64,000 nt of DNA, from positions 37,280 to 101,279 of the forward strand of contig NMRA01000667.1 of the NCBI GenBank assembly GCA_002633005.1. Reading direction: 5' to 3'. The notes beneath the pieces are model-generated. The model was not told the DNA's origin and did not search any database. It saw only the letters and a program-made list of their open reading frames with translations. Position 1 is the stretch's first letter; every line of letters starts with the position of its first letter. The DNA is from Phoronis australis. Its lineage: Eukaryota > Animalia > Phoronida. This document shows, in pieces, positions 11,983 through 23,601 of this stretch. A program made the position numbers and the translations under genes.

Positions 11983-12907
11983 CACTGGGTGCCATTTTGT
12001 GGAAGTCGCGCGATATTCATGCCTGTTGTGGACGAACAAACAGTCCAATACCAAGGAACACAAATTTTCCAAATTCCACTGGATATATCCCCATGCTACT
12101 TTTTGCAAGTGCACATGCTTCTTACAGTTTCGTGCTTGTTGCCTAACTCACATGGTGTCAATTGAAATTCTCTGCGGTTATCACGCGCGGTGAAAAAGTT
12201 CATTAATGGCAACCAAAATGGAGTTGGAGTTCTTCACCAAAGTAATCTTAAATTCACATAGACGTGCTTCAGCAAGGATATGTATAGAACCAGAAAAGAT
12301 TGTTGAAGAAAGTAAGCGCATTTTAAGAGTGTAAAATACATTTTGACAAGATGCAAACCACTTACTTGGTGACTATATTTCGGCTACCAGACTTTTAGTA
12401 CACAAACTGATGGCAGGACTTAAGCTCCTATACAGCCAGCCGAGGGGCTACGTGTTGCCTAGGCCAAGACGGGCTACGTGTTGCCTAGGCCAAGACGGGC
12501 TACGTGTTGCCTAGGCCAAGACGGGCTACGTGTTGCCTAGGCCAAATCTGGTCACCAAATAAGAGGTTTTTACATATACTTTCTTCAGCGATCATTCGGG
12601 TTCTATTCATATCTTCAGTAAAGCATGTCTACGGGAATTAATTAAGATGACTTCAATGGTGAAGAATTTCAATCCCCATTTTTTGGTCTCCGTTAATCTT
12701 TTCACCGCGCGCAATAACCACAAAGTATTTCAGTTGACATCACCTGGGTCAGGAAAGGACAAGCGCGAGACAGCTAAGCACGTGACCTAGTTCATGACCC
12801 TTGCAAAAAGTAGCATGGGAAGATATCTGGTGGAATTTGTGCCTCTTGTACTTTTTGTTCACCAACAGCCGTGAATTTGCGTAACTTCGTAAAAATGGCA
12901 CTGGGTG
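11983..12907. mobile_element. Foldback/MITE-like element with imperfect inverted arms of about 370-400 bp and a central 26-bp array (left-truncated counterpart at about 7660-8453)
   Basis: Inverted pairs: gtgccatttt / aaaatggcac; atgctactttttgcaag / cttgcaaaaagtagcat; cgcgcggtgaaaa / ttttcaccgcgcg; ttcttcacca / tggtgaagaa. Confidence 0.8.
12445..12545. repeat. 26-bp tandem repeat x about 4 (copy B)
   Basis: Unit gggctacgtgttgcctaggccaagac. Confidence 0.95.
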
Positions 12908-13336
12908 AAGAAAGCACAAGTGAACCATAACATATTTTCATGGATGTTGACTATATTGTCTCCAGTGTCATATGGTAATTATAATTCAAAGTGTTTACAT
13001 GCTGTATTTTGAGATGAGTGACTATGGGGGTGTACTAAAGTCTGTGTATGCCTGTAAATACTTATTTACAGACGGGGTACGTGTCTAGTGTATGCCTGGT
13101 GCACACACGGCAATGTAATTGCTCGAGTCAAAATCGAACCAAACATTTTCAACTCATTGATTTGCATGGAAAATTCAGGAACACTAGCTTTCTTTCTCTA
13201 TGTCAGACAACCTTATATATATCCGAAGGAACTTGAATCTTGAATTATTTATTGCTTGCTTTGCCTGAGATGAAAAGGTAAAATTAGCAAAACACTGTAA
13301 TGTAATTACTGAGATCACTCGACTATAATTACTTAT

Positions 13337-13551
13337 CTTTTTAGAGGATTTTCTCTTTTTTGGTTTCGATTTCCTCTTATTTGATTTCCAGTATCCTCTT
13401 TTTTGTATATTTTTTATCGTTATATTCATGCAAAAACTTGCATTTCATTTAAATTTTACAACGCAACTGTTTCTACCTCACGAACCTATTCATTTGTAGA
13501 ACGATACATAACCTGGAAAATTTTTCCTCTTTTTGTCATCGGTCATTCCAA
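13337..13551 (-). repeat. Dispersed repeat of about 220 bp (also 8897-9111; opposite orientation at 28481-28700 and 44068-44287)
   Basis: The reverse complement ttggaatgaccgatgacaaaaagaggaaaa...aaatcctct matches the copies in RPTOR introns. Confidence 0.7.
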
Positions 13552-13634
13552 GTCCAGATCTGTGTCAATTTTATGCTTTGTTGTTTTTCAGGTGTATATA
13601 GTCTGTACATAGTGTGGGTTGTAGATACATTATC

Positions 13635-13671
13635 ATGGAAGACTATACAAAAATAGAGAAGATCGGAGAAG
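13635..13671 (+). CDS. CDK1: CDK1 coding exon 1
   Basis: [12 protein letters not shown](G); donor gtgag. Confidence 0.92.
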
Positions 13672-16600
13672 GTGAGAAAACACTGATTCTGATTTTGTAG
13701 TTTAGCTGTAGCTAGTGTCCTTAAGCTCTCTCATCTGTGCTGCCCTCTCGGCATGGCTGGCAGACACACATATAACCCTCTGTGCATTTCCCTTTAATCT
13801 CTTACATTGACTATAATGGCATTCATGCAGTCGTCAGTTTTGCTGACTTAACAAAGGACTATTCGGAAAAACTGTTGAGTTCGGAACTATTTGCTTGAGG
13901 ATTTAAAGACTCGAACTGCCTCTAAAAGTGTCCATCTTCTCATGAAAGCCACATATAGTATTGTAATTAGTTTAGTGAGGCCAAGCGTTAAGCGTAAATT
14001 GCAGAAAATGTCTGGGGTATAGGCTTGATTAGAATGTGACGTCGTCTAAGCTGTAGTGTAATATCCGGCTCTGTTTGTAGTGTACATACGAATAAAGGCT
14101 TCTCTAAATAGCTTGCCAGTGCAATCGGCACTTGGCTACTGGCCTGTCTAATTGGACATTTGATTGGCGTGCTTACGGCCTGGCGTCTACAGTGTCCATG
14201 GACAGGTAGACTTCAGTTAACAGCTGTATACTTGCTATTGACACTATACCCATGATAGGAATTCGTACGATCTTTGTTGAATAAATAGTATTTGAAACGA
14301 TTTTACGTCATGTATTTTACTTTTAGCCTGTTTGAATAGAATTAAGTGCCGTCCACACTCATGAGACTTACTTTAGATCAGGTTAGTCCTGGAACTAGTT
14401 GTCGCTAGATTTAGAAGCTGTCTGGTGCTATTTGAACAACTGAAAGTGACAACTTCATATTATATAGATCTATAGAATACCTTGTTCTAGGGTTATTTGC
14501 GCCACTTTTAACTGCTGTGTGCACACAAAGTTGGGGTAAGGTGGAAGTGATTATCAGCTGCGTGTTTGCGCAGTTACATTGTATTCATGTGGATCTTCTC
14601 AGCTGTTCATTGTTAGGTATAGAGCGACAACTTTCACCTTGCGCCAGTTATCAGATATTTGTGTGGACGCTCCACGTAAAGTGGGACAAGTTGCACTTAC
14701 ATAAACTGTTCTAGGAAAGTGTTTGCGGACGGCACTGGAGACTTAGTCATCTTGTTTTATTTACTGAACTGCACACGGGGTAAAAATTTGAAGGGCAGCA
14801 GAAGACGGAGGCAATTGCAAAGTTTGTATTCAGTAAATTAGTGTGGATTTGAAGCAGAAATGTTTATGAGGTCTTAGTATGAATAATTTTTATTTCTTCA
14901 GTATATATTATTTGTCATGTAATTATGATGTTGCTGTAAGGTTGTAAACTTGTAAGGGGGAGCCTCTTTCTCACAGAGACCGAGTCCTGGTAGCTCATAT
15001 GCTTGTATTGTATTGCCAGGTACGTACGGCGTTGTCTACAAAGGCCGTCGCCAGAGCGACAACAAGTTTGTTGCTCTGAAGAAGATACGCCTGGAGAGTG
15101 AAGAGGAAGGCATCCCGTCCACAGCAGTGAGGGAGATATCTCTTCTCAAGGAGTTGCAGCATCCCAATATAGTGTGGTAGGTGCACACCGTATGGACATG
15201 CACGTGTTCAGGGTGGTGCACGCGCCTTCAATTACGTGAACAAATTAGATACTTAGGTTCACACCATTTACGCATGTACGTGTTTAAGGGCACATTCCTT
15301 CAATTATGTGAACTATTTAGGTGCACACCGTTTATACACGTACACGTTTAGGGGCACATGTGAACAATGCGGGGCCTTTGCTAGACAGTGCCGTCTCAAC
15401 TGGCCCCAGTAGAGACAGTGACGATGCCATGGGCTCTCCATATGCCTGAAGCTTTTCGGTGCATTATTTCTTACACTGATTAAACCATCAAAGTCATGTT
15501 ATACCTTTTGCGTATGATATCATATCCTTCCATGGGCTAAAGGTGTTAAAATAGCCAGTTGCTGATTTGGGCAACTCAATGGAAGACTGTTCGGGTAAAA
15601 AGTTTGATTGCGGTGGAATTTGTTCGAGCTAGGAACAGTTAAAGACATCAATAGCCTCCTAAAGAGTATAATTCGTTAAAAGCTTCCGGTGTGTGGAGAG
15701 CCTATGGGATGGCCACCGTCTGACAGTAACTTAAATAAATTGACGTGTGGTTCTAAAATTGTTGTCATGGATAGCCTGAAAAATTCGAAATCCCTAATTT
15801 AAACGCCCTGTTTTTGAAATCCTGGTTTTGCTCGAAAAGCAAATCAAAGAAGTTTGTTTAAAAGTATTTCAATGAAATTTGGTAACGTTAAGGTTGATGA
15901 AGATTCACTTTCAATTCAAAGTTAGCCACTGGTGGTGTTCTGTTATCATGGTATACTGTTCGACCATATTGAACATGTCACCAAGTATACTTGTCATTTT
16001 TGTAAATTGCTTACCTGTATTTGCATACATGTGTCTCAACAACTGTAATTGAGAGAATTAAGTACGCTTTTGATGCAATTTCAAGTTTATAGAATGCAGG
16101 GACTTTAATTGTTAGCCAAGGAGTGCTATCTTTATGGTAAAAGTATGGGACAAATAGCAAAAGTCAGTTAGTGGCTCGTTGTAACCGCTATTGTCAGGGT
16201 TGTGTCATTTCCTACAGCCTGGAAGACATTCTTCATCAGGAGAAAAAGTTGTACCTAGTCTTTGAGTTCCTGTCCATGGATTTGAAGAAGTATCTTGATT
16301 CCATACCCGATGGCCAAGTGATGGACCCCTCACTGGCTAAGGTAGGTCCTAGTAATTTGGAATGTGGTGAGTTTTAAAGGTTAGAATGTAACTTTTTGAA
16401 GGTTTAAATTGGTTAGATAGTCTGTTTTGTTTGTAAATTGTATGTGTGTTCTCCAACATCACGTGAATGGACTGCGGCATTTTGCCCCTTGGCTTTAAAG
16501 TTCTAAATTTGAGCCCTGTGTTCAGCGCCTCACTGTGGTTGGTTTCAGAGCTACCTGTATCAGATCACGCAGGGTATCCTGTTCTGCCACATGTGCCGTG

Positions 16601-19600
16601 TGATCCACCGTGACTTGAAGCCACAGAACCTGCTCATCGACAAGAAGGGCGTCATCAAGCTGGCCGACTTCGGTCTTGCCCGCGCCTTCTCCATCCCTGT
16701 CAGAGTATACACACACGAGGTCAGTGCTCCCGTGTACGATAGACTGTTTACTAGCGTTCAAGCGCCTTACCACCACCACAGTCAGAAGCGTTTAACAGGG
16801 AGGGGCTCAAAGCGGGATAAATGGACTAAGCTATGAAATGTGCTGGACAATAATCACAATCTTGTTTTGAACAGTGTCACGACCCCCTTGTGTCCTGTGT
16901 ATGACAGTACACATGCCTTTGTACATGACGGGATGTCTCTTAAGAGTTTGATCAATTTTTAGTTTACATTGGGTGTCAATTCATTACTGGACTTTCGGCG
17001 CACTTGCTAACTCGTATTTCATGAGTCGGCACCCAGAGCACCGCTTCTGAAATGGTTGTCATGTAGTTAAAAACAGGTGAGAAACAGCACGCGCTAAAGG
17101 CCTTTTTAAAAATAACTGACGCTCTTTTGGAGAGTGCAGTTAGATGATAGAGCTGGTTTTGAGAACGTACTCGAGCATCTCATGTGTGAACTGAAAAAAT
17201 ATACGGTGCCTACTCAGTCTCTTGTAGAAGAAATGAGTATGTGCAAGGATATAGTTCTTTGTAAATTACAAGCTTAACCAGAAGGGCACTCTCATCTCTG
17301 CTGGTTTAAAGCGCACGTTTGTCTGCAACTTTTGAAAGTTGAAACAAAACCTAGAAGGGAAAAGCACAAGGTTTAAAACAAACTTAAAGTATTTTGTTCT
17401 CGTTTTAAAGCCCACAAGCAAAAATTGGCAAAATCAAATGCATTTTGCTCCTTAGCTTGTGCTCAATTCGAACACTGCTATGTCAAAAATATCCTTAAAT
17501 GTACTTTCTGACAGTCTGTGGAACAGATTGTTTCTTCAAAAATGCTTTGTTTTTCCTATCAAAGTTATTAGATTGCTATGTGGCGATGTTGCAAGGAAGT
17601 TTTGCCTTTCCACAGAAGGTGGAGCTGTTCAATTTCCAAAGTCTCGTGGCTTTTTACCATGCAGGTGTACTTAAGTGCTGCTTCAGATATTGAATGTTTA
17701 CCATAGTGTCATTTGGCTTAAAATTCTTATTCTAAAGATTATGGAAAAAGTGCGAATTCTATTTTCAAGTGTTCAGTGATCCTGGATTGGTTTTGAAAAA
17801 AAATAGTTGCATCATATATATATATGTGTGTGTGTATGTATATGTATGTGATATTGCAAAGGCTAGAAATGATATGACAGCAGAAGGCTCCAGGAGTTGT
17901 TTGAACTAAATTCAACTACGTATATTCGGAACGAGAGTATATAGCACATCTGTGTATTGACTTTGGCTCATTATTGACTGGACACTGTAGATAACGTAGT
18001 CCTACTCGCATTCTAGGTCGTGACCCTGTGGTATCGGGCCCCTGAAGTGCTGCTAGGGTCTACTAGATACTCAACACCCCTAGATGTCTGGAGTATCGGC
18101 TGCATATTTGCCGAGATGATCACCAAGCGCCCCCTCTTCCATGGTGATTCGGAAATCGACCAGCTTTTCCGCATTTTCAGGTGAGTGAGGCAATAAAGCG
18201 GGCACTGGCTTCATGAACAACGTTCAGCAAGCGAGCCCTCAAATGTAGGCAAGTTCTCGTAATCGTTCTCAATAGCTAGTTCTCTTAGTAATCCAAGATG
18301 GCGTGACATTAGATTTCCAAGGCGATTGCCTTGAGGAGTGGCAATGATTTTAAGCAGTTCACGTTGGAAGTACACCACAGTATGCACTACAAGATTGTCG
18401 GCAATAATTGTCGAAAGTGTACAGAAATAAATAATTTAATTTAGTGGCAAAGCTTGCTTTATGTTAGTTTGGTGGCCTTTTTGTGCACACTGTCATTCAA
18501 CAGCGAGCTCTGTTTAGGGTGGTGTCCGCGTTTACTTTAGGCAGGCACGCACCCTGTTGAACAGGTCGGACGCTTCTGAAGGGTGCTTGATGTTCTAACC
18601 ACTGATGGGTGTAATTCTGCTGACGCTGTGGTGTCTCGGCTCCAAAATGCACTCGTTCGATTACAATTCAGTTAACTGTAAAACCGCACATGCTGGAATG
18701 GTGTTGTTGCTTTCCCGTGAATTGACCTGAAGTTTTCAAAGTTATCTTCTTTATCTGTGATGGCATGACCAGGTTATACTTACTAATTTTTGTGCCATTT
18801 TGTGGAGAGGATAAAGGGCTACACGACAAAATACAAATTGAAATCCGTTTTCCTTGCCACTTGTCAAACCCCTTTTGGGTGGTCAAAGCTCTTGAGTGTT
18901 TTGTTTGGGGATGAACATGGTATTGAAAGGTTTGGAGAATATTTTGTGCAATTGATTACAATTATAACACGTATTTCTGGTCTTAACCCGTGAAACCAAA
19001 TGTTTTTAAGACACTTTGTGGGAAAAGAAACTCGTCATTTGCATGAAAATAGCGCCAGGACATTTTGTAGCGAAGCGACTTTTTCTAAAAATATTATTTT
19101 TTACTTTGTTTGCCATTGCTTCCGTCAACTTGAAACTTTTCTTTTAAAATTTATATATTCTGTTTCTTCCTTCTATTGGTTGCAAACCGCTTGTGGTATT
19201 TCGTTTAGGCCTTATAACCAGAGTATGTGGCTTTCAAAAACTGAAGGTTTTAACGATCCGCAAAAATATTTGAATGTTTTCGTTTTTGGCAGCTCAGATC
19301 TTCGGCTAAGATGCCTGATACGAAAACATGCATTTGTAGATAATAGAACAAATAAACAACATTTGCGAGTTATGGGCAAAAATCTTCATTTGTGGAAACT
19401 GCAGTGATGCTTACCAAGGATGTTGAAAATACAGTAAAACTAATAGGTCAGACATGCATAAGACGCACACAACGCAGGCCCAGTTCTGCAGTACAATTGT
19501 TTTTGTTCATGTACGGGTAACCGTAAACTTAATGCCCTGGGCGCTTAAATTGGAAAACCCCAAGACAAAGTGGGCGATTACCCAAGCAGTGGGTGCTTAA

Positions 19601-22032
19601 ACCGAAAATTGCCGAAATGTCGGGATGTGCGATTACCCCCGGCATAAGCGTTAACTCTCGAGTTTATGGTATTTGCTGAGTTTTACTTTAATATATGGTT
19701 TTGTAGATTAAAAACTTAGTATTTTTGAAATTATTTAAAGAACCGTGACCCTCGGCAACGAAGGTCATCAGCTGTCTTAAGATTACGGCATCTGTATATG
19801 ACAAAGCTCCGCCTTCCTTGCAGAACACTAACCACGCCCACTGAGGAGACATGGCCTGGTGTGTCCGAGCTGCCCGACTATAAGAAATCATTCCCCAACT
19901 GGAAAGTCAACCACCTGGCTGGTGCTGTCAAGCAGCTAGATGACACGGGACTAGATCTTCTGCAGGTATGTCACAAACCTGGTATTTGGGTTAAGGTTAA
20001 AGACAATCTTCATTACTACGGAAATCTTGTTGAGGGGCTTACTATTGTAAACTTGTGAAACTATTTTTTTAAGATCCTTAGATTGTCGCAGACACTCATT
20101 AGGTGCAGAAAGATAATTCTCAGATGTTTGTAATCATGGCCGAGAACTTGACTGCCAAAAACCAAGATTTCTGAATTCTGATTTCACGACTTTTTAGAAA
20201 GAAGAGCCGTGTAATTACAAATGTCCGGGAATTATTTTCATATGTGTAATAAGTCTCTGTGATGGTCAAGGATTTTAAAGTTTTGTACAATACAAGACCA
20301 AACTGTTTTACCCATCGTGGCTGCAAAAAAATTGGGCTTCGGCCCAGCAGCCATAACAAGAATTCCGAGTCATTTTGTCTGAATACCTTTGACTGTATAT
20401 TCTAAGTCTGTTACTTTCTGTATCTAGACTCAATTAGGCTTTTTAGGATTTGTCGTCAGAGGGATACGATTAATGAGTTAAAGTTACATAGAACTGTTGA
20501 TTACTCTGCGTATTCATCCAAATGTCTACAAGACTATAGATTTCAAACCAGTAAAAGTATATATTTTCTGAAAGTAGAAAGCCTTTAGAATTTTAATGTT
20601 TGACTTTGTATCAAGGCTTGGAATTTTCCGTGGAAACGTGGATTTCCGCTTTTTTCAAATGTTCTGTCCGTGCACTTTTGTTATATTATATTTCTGCGTA
20701 AAAAAATCGGATTTGATATAAAATTACCGCGGCAAATTTCTTTCTTACGGCGGCGTTGCAGACGACGTTCACCTCGAAAAGCGGAAGTTGCTCTTTATGT
20801 TTCGGAGGAATGTAAATTGTCAACATTGCCGGGGCATCTGGGGACAGCGTGGTGGGATTTTCAATGGTGTCTCGTGGGATTGTGAACCGTGGCTTTGCAG
20901 TCAAAAATGTGTGGGTTGGGAGTGGACGGATGAGCTAAAAGGACGCAGACGCATGCTGCTGATGGGGGAAAATTTTTTTCTTTTTTAGTCTTCCCGATTT
21001 TTGTCGGCGTAAGGTTCACATCGACCATTTCAAGACTAGGTAGCGTGCATGTTTTGGGCCGTAAAAGTTTCCGCGTTTTTGTCATTGGTCTTTCCAAGCC
21101 CTGTTGTATACCAGACTACCATTAGCCGGGTCACATGACCATGTCTTTTTTAGTTAAATTTGGCAGAACAAAAAGGCAGCTGCGTATCCATAGCAAAACG
21201 GGGGTATCAAGTACTTTCAAGTAAATTTCATTTCAGATATAAATTTAAGGCGAAATCTTGAAAACACTGTTATGGTATCCTATTTTCGATAGCCTCTGGT
21301 GCAAAAGTAGATTTTAGAAACTATTCCTAAGCTGTGGTTTGGGAACAGTGTATAGAACAGTATCTAATCCCTGCGAATCCGATCAGTCATTTCTGAGCTA
21401 TGATGTTCTGGGTTTAGCCAAATTTGGTCATTTTTCGAAGGTCCTGCATAAGCTTAAGCAAGGTTACCGTAGTTTGTATAGGTTTTAATCGGTGGAACGA
21501 TAGAAATCGTTGGTTAGCTTCGTGTGTGTGTAGAAAGGATGATTTAATGTTTTTAGTCTGGTGAAAAAATTCATGTCTAGAAGTTACGGTGATCTCCGTA
21601 GAAACACGGACCTTCTTAGTTCTTACTAACAACGTTTCTGAATTTTGTTTTTGTTCGCGAAAGATGGTTTTTGGTCATCAAGGATTTTTGAAATGTATGG
21701 TTTTATGGGTTGAAATGTAGAATTTTAGGAAATATTTGTGTAATCCTTGGTTGGGAATATAGTCTGTTCCATCGATGGAGATTATCACTCAGCCAGGCGT
21801 CTCAAAAGCTTGAAAAAGTCAGCAATGAGCATTCACTTGCTGCTTTAGATTCTCAGGAAAGTCCCATGAAGAATTATAATTTTTTGTATCGTATCCGATT
21901 ACCGTCATCGTCTGTCTTTATTTTCAGAAAATGCTCATCTACTACCCGTCTGATCGAATCTCCTGCAAGGAAGCTCTGAAGCACCCTTACTTTGACGACC
22001 TGGACAAGAAGAGTCTGCCTGCCCAGTCGTAA
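13635..22032 (+). CDS. CDK1: Cyclin-dependent kinase 1 (cdc2), 299 aa; join(13635..13671,15020..15176,16218..16341,16549..16719,18017..18180,19824..19965,21928..22032)
   Basis: All introns are GT-AG and the exons total 900 nt in frame. Motifs: [88 protein letters not shown]. Confidence 0.96.
15020..15176 (+). CDS. CDK1: CDK1 coding exon 2
   Basis: TYGVVYKG...[32 protein letters not shown]. Confidence 0.95.
15178..15367. repeat. Degenerate tandem repeat, about 65-77 bp x 3, starting at the exon 2 donor
   Basis: taggt(g/t)cacacc...gtgaac recurs three times. Confidence 0.65.
15413..15721. mobile_element. MITE-like element of about 310 bp
   Basis: gacagtgacgatgccatgggctctcca..gaagctttt is an imperfect inverted match to aaaagcttcc..tggagagcctatgggatggccaccgtc. 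Confidence 0.65.
16218..16341 (+). CDS. CDK1: CDK1 coding exon 3
   Basis: [41 protein letters not shown]. Confidence 0.95.
16549..16719 (+). CDS. CDK1: CDK1 coding exon 4
   Basis: [50 protein letters not shown]. Confidence 0.95.
18017..18180 (+). CDS. CDK1: CDK1 coding exon 5
   Basis: [54 protein letters not shown]. Confidence 0.95.
19824..19965 (+). CDS. CDK1: CDK1 coding exon 6
   Basis: [27 protein letters not shown]...GLDLLQ. Confidence 0.95.
21928..22032 (+). CDS. CDK1: CDK1 coding exon 7 (stop)
   Basis: [34 protein letters not shown]. Confidence 0.95.
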   Translation, partial: KMLIYYPSDRISCKEALKHPYFDDLDKKSLPAQS

Positions 22033-22768
22033 TACGACCTCTGACCTCACTCTGCCATGCCAAGGCATGAGTGTGTGATTGTGACTGCGAGGGATATGCG
22101 TGTGATGATGAATTGTACATAGACCCACACTGACATTGTTGTCGTGGTGTAAGCTTACTGTGCCATGACGTGAAGATTTGAGGTCACATGCACTCTGGTG
22201 ATCTCTGACAGTTGAGTCTTTGTTTTGTTGCCGGACGAAGGTTTATGAACTTTATTGCTTTTGATAGGTCAAAAAGACCTGATGAGGTGTTCTCTGTTGT
22301 TGTTTAAATGACTGACAACGAATGCAAATTATTTTTTTGCCCCAAGGGTTGGACCTGAAAGGTGTTGGAGAGAAGCCAAATATTTTTTTAGCTCAGAACA
22401 CTTTAATTTTTCATAATATAGTGTGTTCAAGAGGCATTCCAACTACACACAAATAAAATGTAAATGTTTTGAGCAACACGATTATTTTCATTAGAACGCT
22501 TATAGTTGCCGAAGGTTGAAGAGTAATTATTTTAATGGAGGAGTTAGTTACTATTTTTGTGTAGAGCCCAGCTCGTTTGTTTTCGTATAGATGTGAGCTG
22601 GAGTGATTACATTTAGTGTGGACCGTAGATCAAACATATTCAGTCGACAACTTGTTTTAGTTTTCAGCACTAGCTTGCATTGATGGAGGGTTCTACAGCA
22701 AATTACTGTCGATTAAATTTGTTCATCTTTGGACAGAAACAATTTGCTTGTTTATTTAGATTTAATTA

Positions 22769-22774
22769 AATAAA
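22769..22774 (+). terminator. Candidate CDK1 polyadenylation signal (another at 22452-22457)
   Basis: AATAAA followed about 25 nt later by T/GT-rich sequence. Confidence 0.45.
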
Positions 22775-23595
22775 CAATTAGTGAAATCTCAACAGATGTT
22801 TCTTCACTGAATTTTCATTTAACATCGTTTACGCCAACAGGGCTGGGAATGGCTGAAATGTCTACACGGTGGGGTAACTCATCGCCCCAATACAGGAGTT
22901 CAAAGTGTATTCTAAATGAACCCCAAGGTCCTGCTAAAAGGGGGTTACAATCACCCATTGGATGTTTTATTCAGAATGAGTAATGAACTAATCAAAAAAT
23001 CATAACTATTACAAACTGAATAATTATTGTTCTGGTGTCAAAAACAAATCACAAGCGCATTTCATCCGCTGTCGCAATGTCACTAAAAGTTGAAATTGGT
23101 TACTGGACAATAGGTCAAGGCCATTTCTTGGTCAGACTATGCCTCCATATTCAGCAGATTTAGAACAGATAGTACTTATCAGCTCCAGCGACACAGAATT
23201 TCCTTCCTCTATGAGTTTCCTAGCTTTACTCACAAGTGAATTTTGATTTCCAAATAGCTGCTTATAAGCGAGGTCAAATCTGGCGTGCGTTCAGTAGACG
23301 CTAGGACCTAGCTAAAACCTAGTCAAAGTCAAGTGTTCTCATTTAAAATACACGGCAATATCTCACAGAATCTCGCTTTTTAGAGAGGTCCTAGTGTTAC
23401 TGAACGGGACGCTGGTTTGATGATAAAAATATATACAGGCCAACGTCGTCTGTACTTTGATATCCCTGCGTTTTCAGTTCCTATACCATGAGCTAACAAT
23501 ATTTAACATAATAAATCCTGCTTAAAAATGTTTATAAAGAAGTGTTTTAAAAACTGGATGGAAAGACAAAAATTTTCATTGGAAATCATACGTAT

Positions 23596-23601
23596 TTTAT
23601 T
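23596..23601 (-). terminator. Candidate RPTOR polyadenylation signal (3' UTR of about 2.9 kb)
   Basis: tttatt on the plus strand is AATAAA on the minus strand, downstream of the stop at 26454. Confidence 0.35.

Larger units (their letters stand above)
9725..14163. repeat. Duplicated segment, copy B (4.4 kb); has about 580 bp (11534-12112) absent from copy A
   Basis: Collinear with 5827-9723 and continuous with the rest of the CDK1 gene. Confidence 0.9.

Noticed and set aside
19000-19407. 135-aa ORF inside a CDK1 intron
   Set aside because: AT-rich, with no recognisable motif; probably a chance ORF in repeat-derived DNA.
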